Shown: one piece after another, positions 28,567-37,501 of the stretch
Numbering within the stretch: position 1 is the first letter of the stretch
Layout of the letters: each line of letters begins with the position of its first letter
NCBI GenBank assembly: GCA_021108395.1
Contig: JAIOQZ010000050.1
Location: 21-64,020 of the forward strand
Reading direction: 5' to 3'
DNA from: Candidatus Cloacimonadota bacterium
GTDB taxonomy: Bacteria > Cloacimonadota > Cloacimonadia > Cloacimonadales > JAIOQZ01
Length of the DNA: 64,000 nt
Program-made: the position numbers and the translations under genes
The notes under the pieces: generated by a model
The model's input: only the letters and a program-made list of their open reading frames with translations
Databases searched by the model: none
Told to the model about the DNA's origin: nothing

Positions 28567-29250
28567 ATGAAACTTAAACTTGTTGTCAGCATCCTGTTTT
28601 TTTTACAACTTGCCGGTATTTGTTATTCACAAGAGCCAGAGCTTCCCTGGTATAAGAGACACAGCGAGCGAGTGTTTGCGAGATATTCACACGAATTTGA
28701 TACTTTTGATCGATACTCATTTGGATTTGGTGTCAACCTGTTCGCTCATGTTTATACAGAATTTGATTTTCTGGGGATGGTTGCAACCAGTGAAGACCCA
28801 TACTCAATTGGTCAGGGTAACTATTCAGTTGCACCGCTGGTTTTTTCAGCTTTTTGTCTCCTCACTGGAGGATTTCGTAAATCTCCTGTTTACTGGGGTC
28901 CCGACATCAATTTGATTTCAGCGCTCCCAATGTTACTGACTAATACAAGATACATTTTCCCTTTGTTTAAGGGTGCATATAAATATGACCATAGTGTGAA
29001 ATACACCTACTTCCCTCGATTTTCGCTTTTTGTGGAAAACTCAACGGATTATTTCTACAATCGCAATCACAAATGGGCTCAAATTGCCCCTGGTGCTGGC
29101 CTACGGGTGTATTTTGGCCATCCGTATATTGAATGGGGCCTTTCGGTTGGTTACAAGCGCGCATTTCAAACAGACTTTTCAGGAAGAACACATTCTAAGA
29201 ATATATATTTTGTTGGCTGGGGGGGGGACTTTCTTTTGTGTCCCGTTTAA
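28567..29250 (+). CDS. Secreted, aromatic-rich hypothetical protein (possible outer-membrane beta-barrel), AT-richer islet, contains T8 and G9 homopolymers
   Basis: Signal peptide MKLKLVVSILFFLQLAGICYSQ at ATG 28567 (GGAG SD). Alternating aromatic/glycine pattern. T8 at 28597-28604 and G9 at 29219-29227. Confidence 0.55.
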   Translation: MKLKLVVSILFFLQLAGICYSQEPELPWYKRHSERVFARYSHEFDTFDRYSFGFGVNLFAHVYTEFDFLGMVATSEDPYSIGQGNYSVAPLVFSAFCLLTGGFRKSPVYWGPDINLISALPMLLTNTRYIFPLFKGAYKYDHSVKYTYFPRFSLFVENSTDYFYNRNHKWAQIAPGAGLRVYFGHPYIEWGLSVGYKRAFQTDFSGRTHSKNIYFVGWGGDFLLCPV

Positions 29251-29319
29251 GGGGCCAAAATCCTAGTGACAAGATTAGATTACAGCAGTCCACCTACAAC
29301 ACCGGAGGAACAACAGCAC

Positions 29320-30627
29320 ATGCCACACGCCGACCTGCTAATCGACAACGCGCATATCGTCACCATGAACAGCCGGTGGGACGAGTTCCCACGCGGCGCG
29401 GTCGCCTGTGCAGATGGCCGCATCATCGAGGTAGGCGACAGCGATGAGCTATGTCAGCGGCACACCAAAGCCCCGCGTTTCGACGGCGGTGGCAAGCTGC
29501 TGCTGCCAGGATTCATCAATGCGCATACCCATGTGGCCATGGCCTATTTCAAGGGACTGGCCGACGATCTCGTGCTGCAAACCTGGCTGCAAGACCACAT
29601 CTGGCCGGCCGAGCAACGCTTCTTGAGTGACCAATTCGTCCATCACGCCTCGCTGCACGGCGCCGCCGAGATGCTGCGGGGCGGTACCACCACCTTCTGC
29701 GACATGTACTTCTATGAGGCGGCCACGGCGCGTGCCTGCCGCCAGATCGGCATCCGCGCTCATCTGGGCGAGGGCATCCTGAGCTTTCCGGCGCACGGCC
29801 ACGCCGATGCCGCCGCCATGATCGCCTACAACGTCAAGTACGCCGCGCACAATGACGACCGCGTCCGCTTCGAGCTGGCCCCGCACGCCATCTACACCTG
29901 CAACCGCGACGACCTGCTGTCGGTGGCGCGGGCAGCCCGCGAGCACGGCCTGCGGGTGCACATCCATCTTTCGGAGACAGAGAGCGAGGTTAACGATTGC
30001 ATCGAGAAGCACGGGATGCGCCCGGTGCATTACCTGCAAGAGCTGGGGCTGCTGGGACCGCATGTGCGTCTGGCGCACTGCGTTTGGGTGGACGATGAGG
30101 AAGCCGCCATCCTCGCCGAGACCGGCACGGCGGTGGCGCTGTGCACCCGTAGCCACCTCAAGCTGGCTTCGGGGTTCGCCCCGCTGCAAACCTTTTTGCG
30201 TCACGGCGTGAAGCTGGCGCTGGGCACGGACAGCGTGGCCAGTAACAACACGCTGAGCATGTTCGCCGAGATGAGCCTGGTCGCCCGCCTGCACAAGACA
30301 CTGAGCGACGACCCCACCTTCCTGCCTGCACGCGAGGTTGTGGCCATGTGCACCCGCGATTCCGCCGCCGCCCTGCAACGAGACGACCTGGGCGTCGTCG
30401 AGGCGGGCAGGCAGGCCGACCTGACACTGCTGGCCACAGACAGCATCGAGGCCACGCCGCTCTATGACGTCTATTCGCACATCGTCTATACGCTGGGCGC
30501 CAGCGATGTGAGCGATGTCTTCGTGGGTGGCGAGCACGTGCTGCGCAACCGCAAGTTGGCCAACGTGGACGAGCGGGAGCTTGTAGCTCGCGCCCGCGAC
30601 TACGCAAAAAAGGTGGTCACGCAGTGA
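29320..30627 (+). CDS. mtaD: 5-methylthioadenosine/S-adenosylhomocysteine deaminase-like amidohydrolase
   Basis: LLPGFINAHTHVAM, HIHLSETESEV and LGTDSVASNN motifs. GGAGGA SD 10 nt before the ATG at 29320. Confidence 0.8.
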   Translation: MPHADLLIDNAHIVTMNSRWDEFPRGAVACADGRIIEVGDSDELCQRHTKAPRFDGGGKLLLPGFINAHTHVAMAYFKGLADDLVLQTWLQDHIWPAEQRFLSDQFVHHASLHGAAEMLRGGTTTFCDMYFYEAATARACRQIGIRAHLGEGILSFPAHGHADAAAMIAYNVKYAAHNDDRVRFELAPHAIYTCNRDDLLSVARAAREHGLRVHIHLSETESEVNDCIEKHGMRPVHYLQELGLLGPHVRLAHCVWVDDEEAAILAETGTAVALCTRSHLKLASGFAPLQTFLRHGVKLALGTDSVASNNTLSMFAEMSLVARLHKTLSDDPTFLPAREVVAMCTRDSAAALQRDDLGVVEAGRQADLTLLATDSIEATPLYDVYSHIVYTLGASDVSDVFVGGEHVLRNRKLANVDERELVARARDYAKKVVTQ

Positions 30628-31400
30628 CCCCGCAACGCTTTCTGCTGCGACTGGCCTATGACGGCTCCGAGTTTCATGGCTGGCAGGTGCAGCCTGGCGT
30701 TCGCACCGTTCAGGAGGTGATCGAGCAGGCTGTCAGCGCCATCGCCAAGCAACCTGTCGCCGTTCATGGCTCTGGCCGCACCGACACCGGCGTGCACGCT
30801 ACGGGCCAGGCGGCGCACATCGATTGGCCGCTGGACATGACCGCCGACCAGGTGCGCCTGGCTATCGGCAGCCGTCTGCCACCGGATGTGCAGGTACTCG
30901 AAGCCATACCGGTGGCCCCAGACTTCCATGCCCGCTTCGATGCTCGTGAGCGTCGCTACGTTTATCTGCTGGAAGAGCGCAACAGCCCCTTCACCCGCCG
31001 CTTCCGCTCGGTCATGCCGCGGCTGACCCTGCACCCGGAGCGCATGAAGAAACTGCTGCCCGCGTTTCTGGGCGCTCATGACTTCGCCGCCTTCTGCCGT
31101 CCCACGCCCGACCTGCCGCACACCCGCTGCGAGTTGCGGGAGTTCTCGCTCGAAGACGCCGGCGACCATCTGCGGTTCACTTTAAGGGCGAATAGATTTC
31201 TGCACAACATGGTGCGCCGCTTGGTGGGCTGCGTGGCTGTGCTGGCGGCGCAGGACGAGGGCATCGACACCGCCGCGCGCCTGCTGCGTGAAGCCACGCC
31301 GCACCCACGCCTCATCCCCACCGCGCCCCCGCAGGGACTGTACCTCACAGAGGCGCTGTATCCTGCACTGGAGACACCAGGGTGCGAGTTGGAGGTTTGA
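30624..31400 (+). CDS. truA: tRNA pseudouridine(38-40) synthase TruA
   Basis: LAYDGSEFHGWQVQ, GSGRTDTGVHATGQ, RFLHNMVR. 4-nt overlap with mtaD. Confidence 0.9.
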   Translation: MTPQRFLLRLAYDGSEFHGWQVQPGVRTVQEVIEQAVSAIAKQPVAVHGSGRTDTGVHATGQAAHIDWPLDMTADQVRLAIGSRLPPDVQVLEAIPVAPDFHARFDARERRYVYLLEERNSPFTRRFRSVMPRLTLHPERMKKLLPAFLGAHDFAAFCRPTPDLPHTRCELREFSLEDAGDHLRFTLRANRFLHNMVRRLVGCVAVLAAQDEGIDTAARLLREATPHPRLIPTAPPQGLYLTEALYPALETPGCELEV

Positions 31401-32581
31401 TGCGTGTCGCCATACTCGTGCTGACTGTCTGCTGCCTGCTGCTGGTCGCCTGCGACAAAACCCAGAGCAACGAGTGGACCATCCTCGTTTACATGGCGGC
31501 CGATAACGGTCTCACCCTCAACGCCGACGAAGACATCAACGAGATGGAAGCGGGCGGCGTTCCCGCCGGAGTCACGCTCATTGTGCTGGTGGATCGCAAC
31601 GCCTGGTCAAACGACCCCGGCGCTGTGGTCTATCGCATCGAGCCGGACAGCGACACCACTCGCATCAGCTCACCAGTCATCACCCATCTGGGCGAAGCCG
31701 ATACCGCCGACCCGATGATTCTCGCCGAGTTCGCCCACTGGGGATTCAGCCGATGGCGCTCGGGCAAGCGTGCCCTGGTCGTGTGGGGCCACGGCAATGC
31801 CTGGTACCGCGCCGCCGACTGGAAATCCGTGTGCGACGACGCGCAGAGCAACTCGACGATGTCGGTAGCGGATGGCGAACTGCGCCAGGCCCTGCTGGGC
31901 ATTCCGGGCGGAGTTGACCTGCTGATGTTCGACGCCTGCCTCATGCAGACGGCCGAGGTGGTTGCCGAGGTCAGTGACCGTGCGGGGTGGATAACTGGCA
32001 GCCTCGACAAGATCTGCGTGGACGGCTATGCCTACGATGACCTGATGCGCCAGTGGCCTGCCGCGGCTTCGCCCGCAGAAATGGCGGCGCGGACGGTGTC
32101 CACTTCAGTTGACTCCTACCGTCCAGGCGGCAGCCAATATGACCCAGGTGTGCAACATGCGGCGTTCTCGGCGACAAACACCGGGGCCTGGATAATGGCC
32201 CAGAACGCGGTGGCCGACTTCGTGCAGGCGGCGCTGGCCGCAGATGCCTACAGCCTGCTGCATGACGCCAGAGCCGAGGTCAGCGTTTTTAACGACCGCG
32301 ATGAGATGATCGACCTGGTGGAATATCTGCGGATAGTGGAACTTGGGGCAACCGGCGCTCTTGCAACTGCGGCCGGGGAGGCTGCGGAGGCATTGGAGCA
32401 GGCCGTGCCGGAAGTTGACCTATTTGGTTACAGCGCAGGCGCTACAGGCCGGATTGCCGTGTGGTTTCCAGAGTATGCCTATGACTTTGATAACTGGCAA
32501 AATGCGTATGCCGGAATGCGTTGGCCTGCATCTACGGGGTGGGATTTGTTCCTTTCGGGCTATCATGCTGCCTTGCGGTGA
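31400..32581 (+). CDS. Clostripain-like (peptidase C11) cysteine peptidase lipoprotein
   Basis: Lipobox LLLVAC; WTILVYMAADNGL; VVWGHGNAW (His); LLMFDACLM (Cys). GGAGG SD; the ATG overlaps the truA stop by 1 nt. Confidence 0.75.
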   Translation: MRVAILVLTVCCLLLVACDKTQSNEWTILVYMAADNGLTLNADEDINEMEAGGVPAGVTLIVLVDRNAWSNDPGAVVYRIEPDSDTTRISSPVITHLGEADTADPMILAEFAHWGFSRWRSGKRALVVWGHGNAWYRAADWKSVCDDAQSNSTMSVADGELRQALLGIPGGVDLLMFDACLMQTAEVVAEVSDRAGWITGSLDKICVDGYAYDDLMRQWPAAASPAEMAARTVSTSVDSYRPGGSQYDPGVQHAAFSATNTGAWIMAQNAVADFVQAALAADAYSLLHDARAEVSVFNDRDEMIDLVEYLRIVELGATGALATAAGEAAEALEQAVPEVDLFGYSAGATGRIAVWFPEYAYDFDNWQNAYAGMRWPASTGWDLFLSGYHAALR

Positions 32582-32602
32582 GTTAGCCGCCAAACAGCCA
32601 GC

Positions 32603-32691
32603 TTGTGGATAATCGAAAGCGCTGCTCGTGCACGATTGGCTGTAACCACCTGAAAATAAGCGCCTTTGCGCTGTGCATAAGTTGTGGATAA
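32603..32691. promoter_or_regulatory. Cluster of DnaA-box sequences (two perfect TGTGGATAA, one 1-mismatch TGTGCATAA) in a convergent intergenic region
   Basis: TTGTGGATAA at 32603-32612 and 32682-32691; TGTGCATAA at 32672-32680. An AT-rich tract aattacattaattacag follows at 32720-32736. Confidence 0.4.
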
Positions 32692-32824
32692 CTTGGAGGC
32701 GCCGCAAAGGGTGTTCCGCAATTACATTAATTACAGTCACTTACAAAACCGCCGCTTTTTTTGACCTTCGTGCATAACCCCGCCTGGACAGTCAGCAGCG
32801 AAGTGCCTGAAAAACCACCGGTTA

Positions 32825-34321
32825 TCAGTCCTCTTCAGCAGGCGTCACCCGCGAAAACCAACCCGATACCTGCTTGCCGGCAAACCCGGGATCATCGTGG
32901 TGAGTCCACTCATTTGTCAGCGGGTCATAGGTGTAGTCGGCAGCCCATTCCAGCCCGTTCCGGGCAATGTCGCGCACAGCTTCGCAGATGAGCTCGATCT
33001 CGTCATCGGTCATCGTGGGATGGATGGACAAACGCACCCAGCCGGGCTTCTTCGAGAGATCACCCGTGTCTATGCGATTGGTGAAGTTCTTGGAGGCGAC
33101 GCGACGAATGTAGAACAGATAGTGGCCATAAGTGCCTGCACAGGCGCAGCCACCGCGAGTCTGGATGCCATAGCGGTCGTTCAGCAACTTGACGACAAGG
33201 TTATAGTGCACATCTTCCATAGTGAACGAGATGACGCCCATGCGCTCGCGGATGTTATCCTGCAAAACGTGCAACGCGGGGATACCGTCGAAGCAGGCGA
33301 AGACGCGGGCGATGATTTCGTGTTCACGGGCGATGATGTTCTTCACGCCCATCTCTTCTTTTAGCTTCATGGCGAGGGCAGCGCGGATGGTTTGCAGATA
33401 GCCGGGCGTGCCGCCATCCTCACGCAGCTCGATATCGTCATAGTATGCCATCTCGTTCCAGGCGTTTGTCCAGCTCACGGTGCCTCCGCCGGGGCGGTCG
33501 GGGCTCTTGAGGTGATAGAGGGCGCCATCGAACACCAGCACGCCGGTGGAGCCGGGGCCGCCAAGAAACTTGTGCGGCGAGAGGAATATGGCGTCCAGCT
33601 TGCACAAGGGGTCGGCTGGGTGCATATCGACATCCACATAGGGAGCGCTGCAAGCGAAATCGACGAAGCAGATGCCGCCGGCCTCGTGCATGATGCGGGC
33701 AATCTCGAAGTAGGGCGGCTGGATGCCGGTAACGTTCGAGCAGGCTGTCACCGAGGCAATCTTGAGTGGCCGGTCTGCGAACTGTGACAGCATGTCGCGG
33801 AGGTTATCCAGGTCAACATGCCCGTCGTCGGTGGGACGAATGATGGCAACGTCGCAGATGGTCTCGACCCATGTAGTATGGTTCGAGTGATGCTCCATGT
33901 GGGTGATGAAAACCACCGGGCGCTCGTGCTCGGCGAATGGACAGCAGGCGCGGTGCTGCTCGGGAATTTTGAGTCCGAGCATACGCTGCAGCTTGACGAT
34001 TCCCGCCGTCATGCCCGTGCCGACGGGCAGCATCACGTCGTCAGGCCCGGCGTGAACGTGACGCTTGATGATGTTCTGCGCCTCGTGGTAGGATAATGTC
34101 ATTGAGGTGCCGGTGACGTTCGTTTCGGTGTGGGTGTTGGCCACGAACGGGCCAAACTCATGGGCGATCTTGTCCTCGATGGGGCCATAGAGGCGAGCGC
34201 CGGCCGTCCAGTCGGCATAGACTATGCGCTGGGTGCCAAAGGCTGTCTCGAACGGCTGCTCACGGCCAACGACATGCCGACGAAAACGGGCGAAGTATTG
34301 CTCGAGTGTTTGATTCTGCAT
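32825..34321 (-). CDS. Class-V aminotransferase-fold PLP-dependent enzyme (cysteine desulfurase-like)
   Basis: AIFLSPHKFLGGPGSTGVLVF contains the PLP-lysine motif, and the ~500-aa architecture fits. ATG at 34321 with an AGAGG SD. Confidence 0.8.
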   Translation of the reverse strand: MQNQTLEQYFARFRRHVVGREQPFETAFGTQRIVYADWTAGARLYGPIEDKIAHEFGPFVANTHTETNVTGTSMTLSYHEAQNIIKRHVHAGPDDVMLPVGTGMTAGIVKLQRMLGLKIPEQHRACCPFAEHERPVVFITHMEHHSNHTTWVETICDVAIIRPTDDGHVDLDNLRDMLSQFADRPLKIASVTACSNVTGIQPPYFEIARIMHEAGGICFVDFACSAPYVDVDMHPADPLCKLDAIFLSPHKFLGGPGSTGVLVFDGALYHLKSPDRPGGGTVSWTNAWNEMAYYDDIELREDGGTPGYLQTIRAALAMKLKEEMGVKNIIAREHEIIARVFACFDGIPALHVLQDNIRERMGVISFTMEDVHYNLVVKLLNDRYGIQTRGGCACAGTYGHYLFYIRRVASKNFTNRIDTGDLSKKPGWVRLSIHPTMTDDEIELICEAVRDIARNGLEWAADYTYDPLTNEWTHHDDPGFAGKQVSGWFSRVTPAEED

Positions 34322-34397
34322 GGAAACCTCTATTCGTTCGTCATTCTCTTGTGCTGCTTGCGAATTCTTGCGTAGGGAGCGGCCTGGGGTTATCAAG

Positions 34398-35087
34398 TCA
34401 AAATTTCACGCCTACTCTGCCGATGATGTCGCCGCGGCTGTTCACATACACCTGCACAGGCACCATTCCAACAGCCATGCCGGTAACGCCGAAGACGACA
34501 TTGAGGATGCCTGTAAGCCGAAGATGCCCTGCTTTGTTCTCGAGATCCTCCGTATTGATAATGCCTTCAAGTTCATCAATCAACTCTTCTGTGTCAGCCG
34601 CGTCGTCGAGAAACATAATCCCGGTTGCGATGGCCGCGAGGCCCAGTGGAACCAAGTATGGTGCGAGTAAGCGCGTTTCGATGTGGAGTCCGTCCAACAA
34701 GCCTTCGCTGAGGTCTGGTCTCGACGGCAGGTCTGATAATTCAGAATTGGCCGAATCTTCGGCTGTCGCTCTGAACATTGCAAGTCGATACTCGATGCCT
34801 TCCGGTCGGTATTCCGTGGCGTTCTCGTAAGGAAACGCGGGGTTTGTTTCGTCAGGGCGCATGAAAACGCTCTGGGTAATGAGTTGTCCGCCGTATGAGA
34901 TTCGCTCTATGCCGGCGCAATGGATGCGAAGAAGCCGGCCGCGCACGGTGTGCAGCACAATCTCGTTGTCCTGCTTGCCTACGATTTCGCCCTTGAACGT
35001 TTCGCCGTCGATGGTCGTGACATACACTTTGTCGGCCGCCAGCGTGGCCAGCATGGCCACCAATAGAACGATCAGCGTGAGTCTCAT
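34398..35087 (-). CDS. Hypothetical secreted/membrane protein
   Basis: MRLTLIVLLVAMLATLAA signal-like N-terminus at ATG 35087 (GGGAGAGGA SD). Hydrophobic C-terminal segments. Confidence 0.55.
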   Translation of the reverse strand: MRLTLIVLLVAMLATLAADKVYVTTIDGETFKGEIVGKQDNEIVLHTVRGRLLRIHCAGIERISYGGQLITQSVFMRPDETNPAFPYENATEYRPEGIEYRLAMFRATAEDSANSELSDLPSRPDLSEGLLDGLHIETRLLAPYLVPLGLAAIATGIMFLDDAADTEELIDELEGIINTEDLENKAGHLRLTGILNVVFGVTGMAVGMVPVQVYVNSRGDIIGRVGVKF

Positions 35088-35144
35088 GTTTCCTCTCCCA
35101 AGATTGGGTCTGTTAAATGAACCTAAGAACCCCATCCCCGGCCA

Positions 35145-35225
35145 TTCCCCTGCATAGGGGAAGGGAGACAAAAAGGGGTAAGACGCGACAGCGCGGACTC
35201 TTACCCTCTCCTATGCAGGAGAGGG
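35145..35225. repeat. Cluster of three GC-rich hairpins (REP-like), sharing the TCCCCT-N4-AGGGGA theme with the 24977-25055 cluster
   Basis: TTCCCCTgcatAGGGGAA (35145-35162); GGGTAAGA...TCTTACCC (35176-35206); CCCTCTCCTatgcAGGAGAGGG (35204-35225). Confidence 0.4.
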
Positions 35226-35311
35226 TCGGCAGTATTCCGCCGGGGTGAGGTGTCTTTAGTTTTTTCATTCGAGCGTCCCCTCTTGCAGCTTGTCTATCCA
35301 TCGACTACTCA

Positions 35312-36673
35312 TCACCTCACATACACCGTCTTGACGTTGACGAACTCGCGGATGCCGTGAACGCCCAGCTCGCGGCCATAGCCGCTGTCCTTCACGCCGC
35401 CGAAGGGCAGGCGCGGGTCGCTGCGCACGAAGGCGTTGACGAAACAAGCGCCGGCGTCCAGTTCCTCGCGGGCAATGCGCTCGCCGCGCGCGAGGTCGCG
35501 GGTGAAGACCGCCGCGCCCAGCCCGAACGGGCTGTCGTTTGCTATGCGCAGTGCGTCGGCCTCGTCCTTCGCGCCGATGATGACCGCCACCGGGCCGAAC
35601 AGCTCCTGCTCCCACGCCGGCATGCCGGGGCGCACGTCGTCCAGCACGGTGGCGGGGTACCACGCGCCGGGCCTGTCGGGCGCCTGGCCACCCAGCAGCA
35701 ACTTCGCCCCTGCGGCGATACTGAGCCTTACATGCATGTGAAGCTCGTCGCGCAGGTCGGTGCGGGCCAGCGGCCCCACGATTGTGGCGTCGTCGAACGG
35801 GTCGCCCTGGGGCGCGGCGCTCATGCCCGCGAGCACAAGCCGCGTGAAGCGCTCGCGCACCGCCTCGACAACAATCCAGCGCTTGGCGGCAATGCAGCTC
35901 TGCCCGGCGTTGATGAGCCTGCCGGTAACGCAGGCGGCGGCGGCGGCTTCGAGGTCGGCGTCCTCCAGAATCACATAGGGGTCGGCGCCGCCCAGTTCGA
36001 GCACGGCCTTCTTCAGGTGACGCCCCGCCAGCGCGGCAACGGCACGGCCTGCCTCGGTGCTGCCTGTCAGGGTGACGGCGCGCACATTCGGGTGAGCGAT
36101 GATGGCCTCCACCTGTGCGCTGCCGACGAGCAGCGTACGAAACAGGTCGGGCGGAAAGCCGGCGCTCAGGAAAATATCCTGGATGACCAGAGCGCAGCCG
36201 GGTACGTTGCTGGCATGTTTGAGCACGATGGCGTTGCCGGCCATGAGCGTCGGCGCAGCAAAGCGAAATACCTGCCAGAACGGGAAGTTCCAGGGCATCA
36301 CCGCCAGTACAACGCCCAGCGGCCTGTAACAGACGTAGCTTGATGTGGCCTCTGTTTCCACCGCCTCCGGTTGCAAAAACGATTCGCCGTTGTCGGCGTA
36401 GTAGTCGCACACGAGGGCGCATTTCGCCACCTCGGCACGGGCGGCGCTGATTGGCTTGCCCATCTCGGCGGTCATAAGTCGCGCCCAGCGTTCACTGTCG
36501 TCACGCAGGATGGCGGCGGCGCGGCGCAAACACTCGGCGCGGACGGCAAAGGCGGTGCGTCGCCAGTCCAGCCAGGCCTCGTGCACCGACTCGACAATGC
36601 GTCCGCACTGCTCGGCGGTGGCCTCTTCGTAGCGCTGTATCGGTTCGTTCGTTGCCGGGTTCACGGATTGCAC
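35312..36673 (-). CDS. NAD(P)-dependent succinate-semialdehyde dehydrogenase-like aldehyde dehydrogenase
   Basis: ALDH motifs VMPWNFPFW, LTGSTEAG, ELGGADP, INAGQSCIAAKR and EELFGPV-like ELFGPV. GTG start with a GGAGA SD. Confidence 0.9.
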   Translation of the reverse strand: MQSVNPATNEPIQRYEEATAEQCGRIVESVHEAWLDWRRTAFAVRAECLRRAAAILRDDSERWARLMTAEMGKPISAARAEVAKCALVCDYYADNGESFLQPEAVETEATSSYVCYRPLGVVLAVMPWNFPFWQVFRFAAPTLMAGNAIVLKHASNVPGCALVIQDIFLSAGFPPDLFRTLLVGSAQVEAIIAHPNVRAVTLTGSTEAGRAVAALAGRHLKKAVLELGGADPYVILEDADLEAAAAACVTGRLINAGQSCIAAKRWIVVEAVRERFTRLVLAGMSAAPQGDPFDDATIVGPLARTDLRDELHMHVRLSIAAGAKLLLGGQAPDRPGAWYPATVLDDVRPGMPAWEQELFGPVAVIIGAKDEADALRIANDSPFGLGAAVFTRDLARGERIAREELDAGACFVNAFVRSDPRLPFGGVKDSGYGRELGVHGIREFVNVKTVYVR

Positions 36674-36682
36674 ATACGTCTC

Positions 36683-37501
36683 CTACATCATTTTCATCGT
36701 GCCTTTGTAAAGGCTCACGTCGAGCGCGATAATCATGGCGCCCTGCTTCTTGTCCAGATCGCCGGTGATGCCCTCGATGCCCTCGACGACAGCATCCACG
36801 CGGGTCTCCGGCACCAGCGCGAGGATGGTCTTCGAGTGGTTCTTGTTCTGCTTCATAAAACCGATGAACTCGGCGAAAAGCGGAATGTTGCTGATATACT
36901 CGCCCATGCCCGAGCTGTCGATAACCGTCGCCCCCGCGATGCCCTCCTCGATGAAGAACTCGAGAATGTCATAGAGGAACTCGTCGAGATAGAGAATGAC
37001 CAGCACGAGCTTCATCTTGCGGGTAGCTGCGACTGACTGACCGTTGCCGCGTGTATGCCGCTGGAAGCTCTCGACCAGCGCCACCGGCGACGGCGCGGCC
37101 AGCAGTTCGCGCACCACGCCCGGTCGGCGCAGCACGCCAGACACCGCCGAGAGCGCTTTGATATGCTCCTGCACCTCTTCCTTGGGACCGAGTATCACGC
37201 AGAACAGCTTCACCTTTTTGCGGTCAATGGCGTCGAAGTCGATGCCTTTGGGAGCGACGGCCAGGTAGAGCAAAAATCCGCTCATGCCCTCAAGCCGTGC
37301 GTGCGGGATGGCAATCTCACGTCCGAACCCGGTGCTGCCCTGCTGCTCACGGGCGCTCATCTCACGCAGGATAGTGTCCGTTGAGATACCATTGCACAGC
37401 GGGCTGCCTGCGGCCAGTTTTGCCAAGGCGCGCAGAGCCTCTTCCTTGCCACCGGCGGCGAGATTGGCGGTGCAGCATTGCGGGTCGAGATGATCGAACA
37501 T
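36683..37501 (-). CDS. Fusion protein: N-terminal PTS EIIA (EIIA-Ntr/fructose type) domain plus a C-terminal PII-like domain
   Basis: EIIA-2 pattern REQQGSTGFGREIAIPHARL. The C-terminal part, KMKLVLVILYLDEFLYDILEFFIEEGIAGATVIDSSGMG, resembles the PII/PII-like fold. The ATG directly abuts the antiporter stop (TAGATG). Confidence 0.75.
   Translation of the reverse strand: MFDHLDPQCCTANLAAGGKEEALRALAKLAAGSPLCNGISTDTILREMSAREQQGSTGFGREIAIPHARLEGMSGFLLYLAVAPKGIDFDAIDRKKVKLFCVILGPKEEVQEHIKALSAVSGVLRRPGVVRELLAAPSPVALVESFQRHTRGNGQSVAATRKMKLVLVILYLDEFLYDILEFFIEEGIAGATVIDSSGMGEYISNIPLFAEFIGFMKQNKNHSKTILALVPETRVDAVVEGIEGITGDLDKKQGAMIIALDVSLYKGTMKMM

Noticed and set aside
29449-30607. Minus-strand ORFs 29449..30537 and 30158..30607
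   Set aside because: They are shadows and alternative frames of mtaD, rich in Arg, Gly and Ala.
32581-32825. Calling this intergenic region the chromosomal origin (oriC)
   Set aside because: It has only two perfect and one near-perfect DnaA boxes, lies between convergent gene ends, and has no dnaA/dnaN nearby and no clear DUE repeats. It is kept as a DnaA-box cluster finding only.
35265-36422. ORFs 35265..36422(-) and 35357..36343(+)
   Set aside because: They are an alternative frame and the antisense of the aldehyde dehydrogenase gene, with extreme Arg/Gly/Ala bias.
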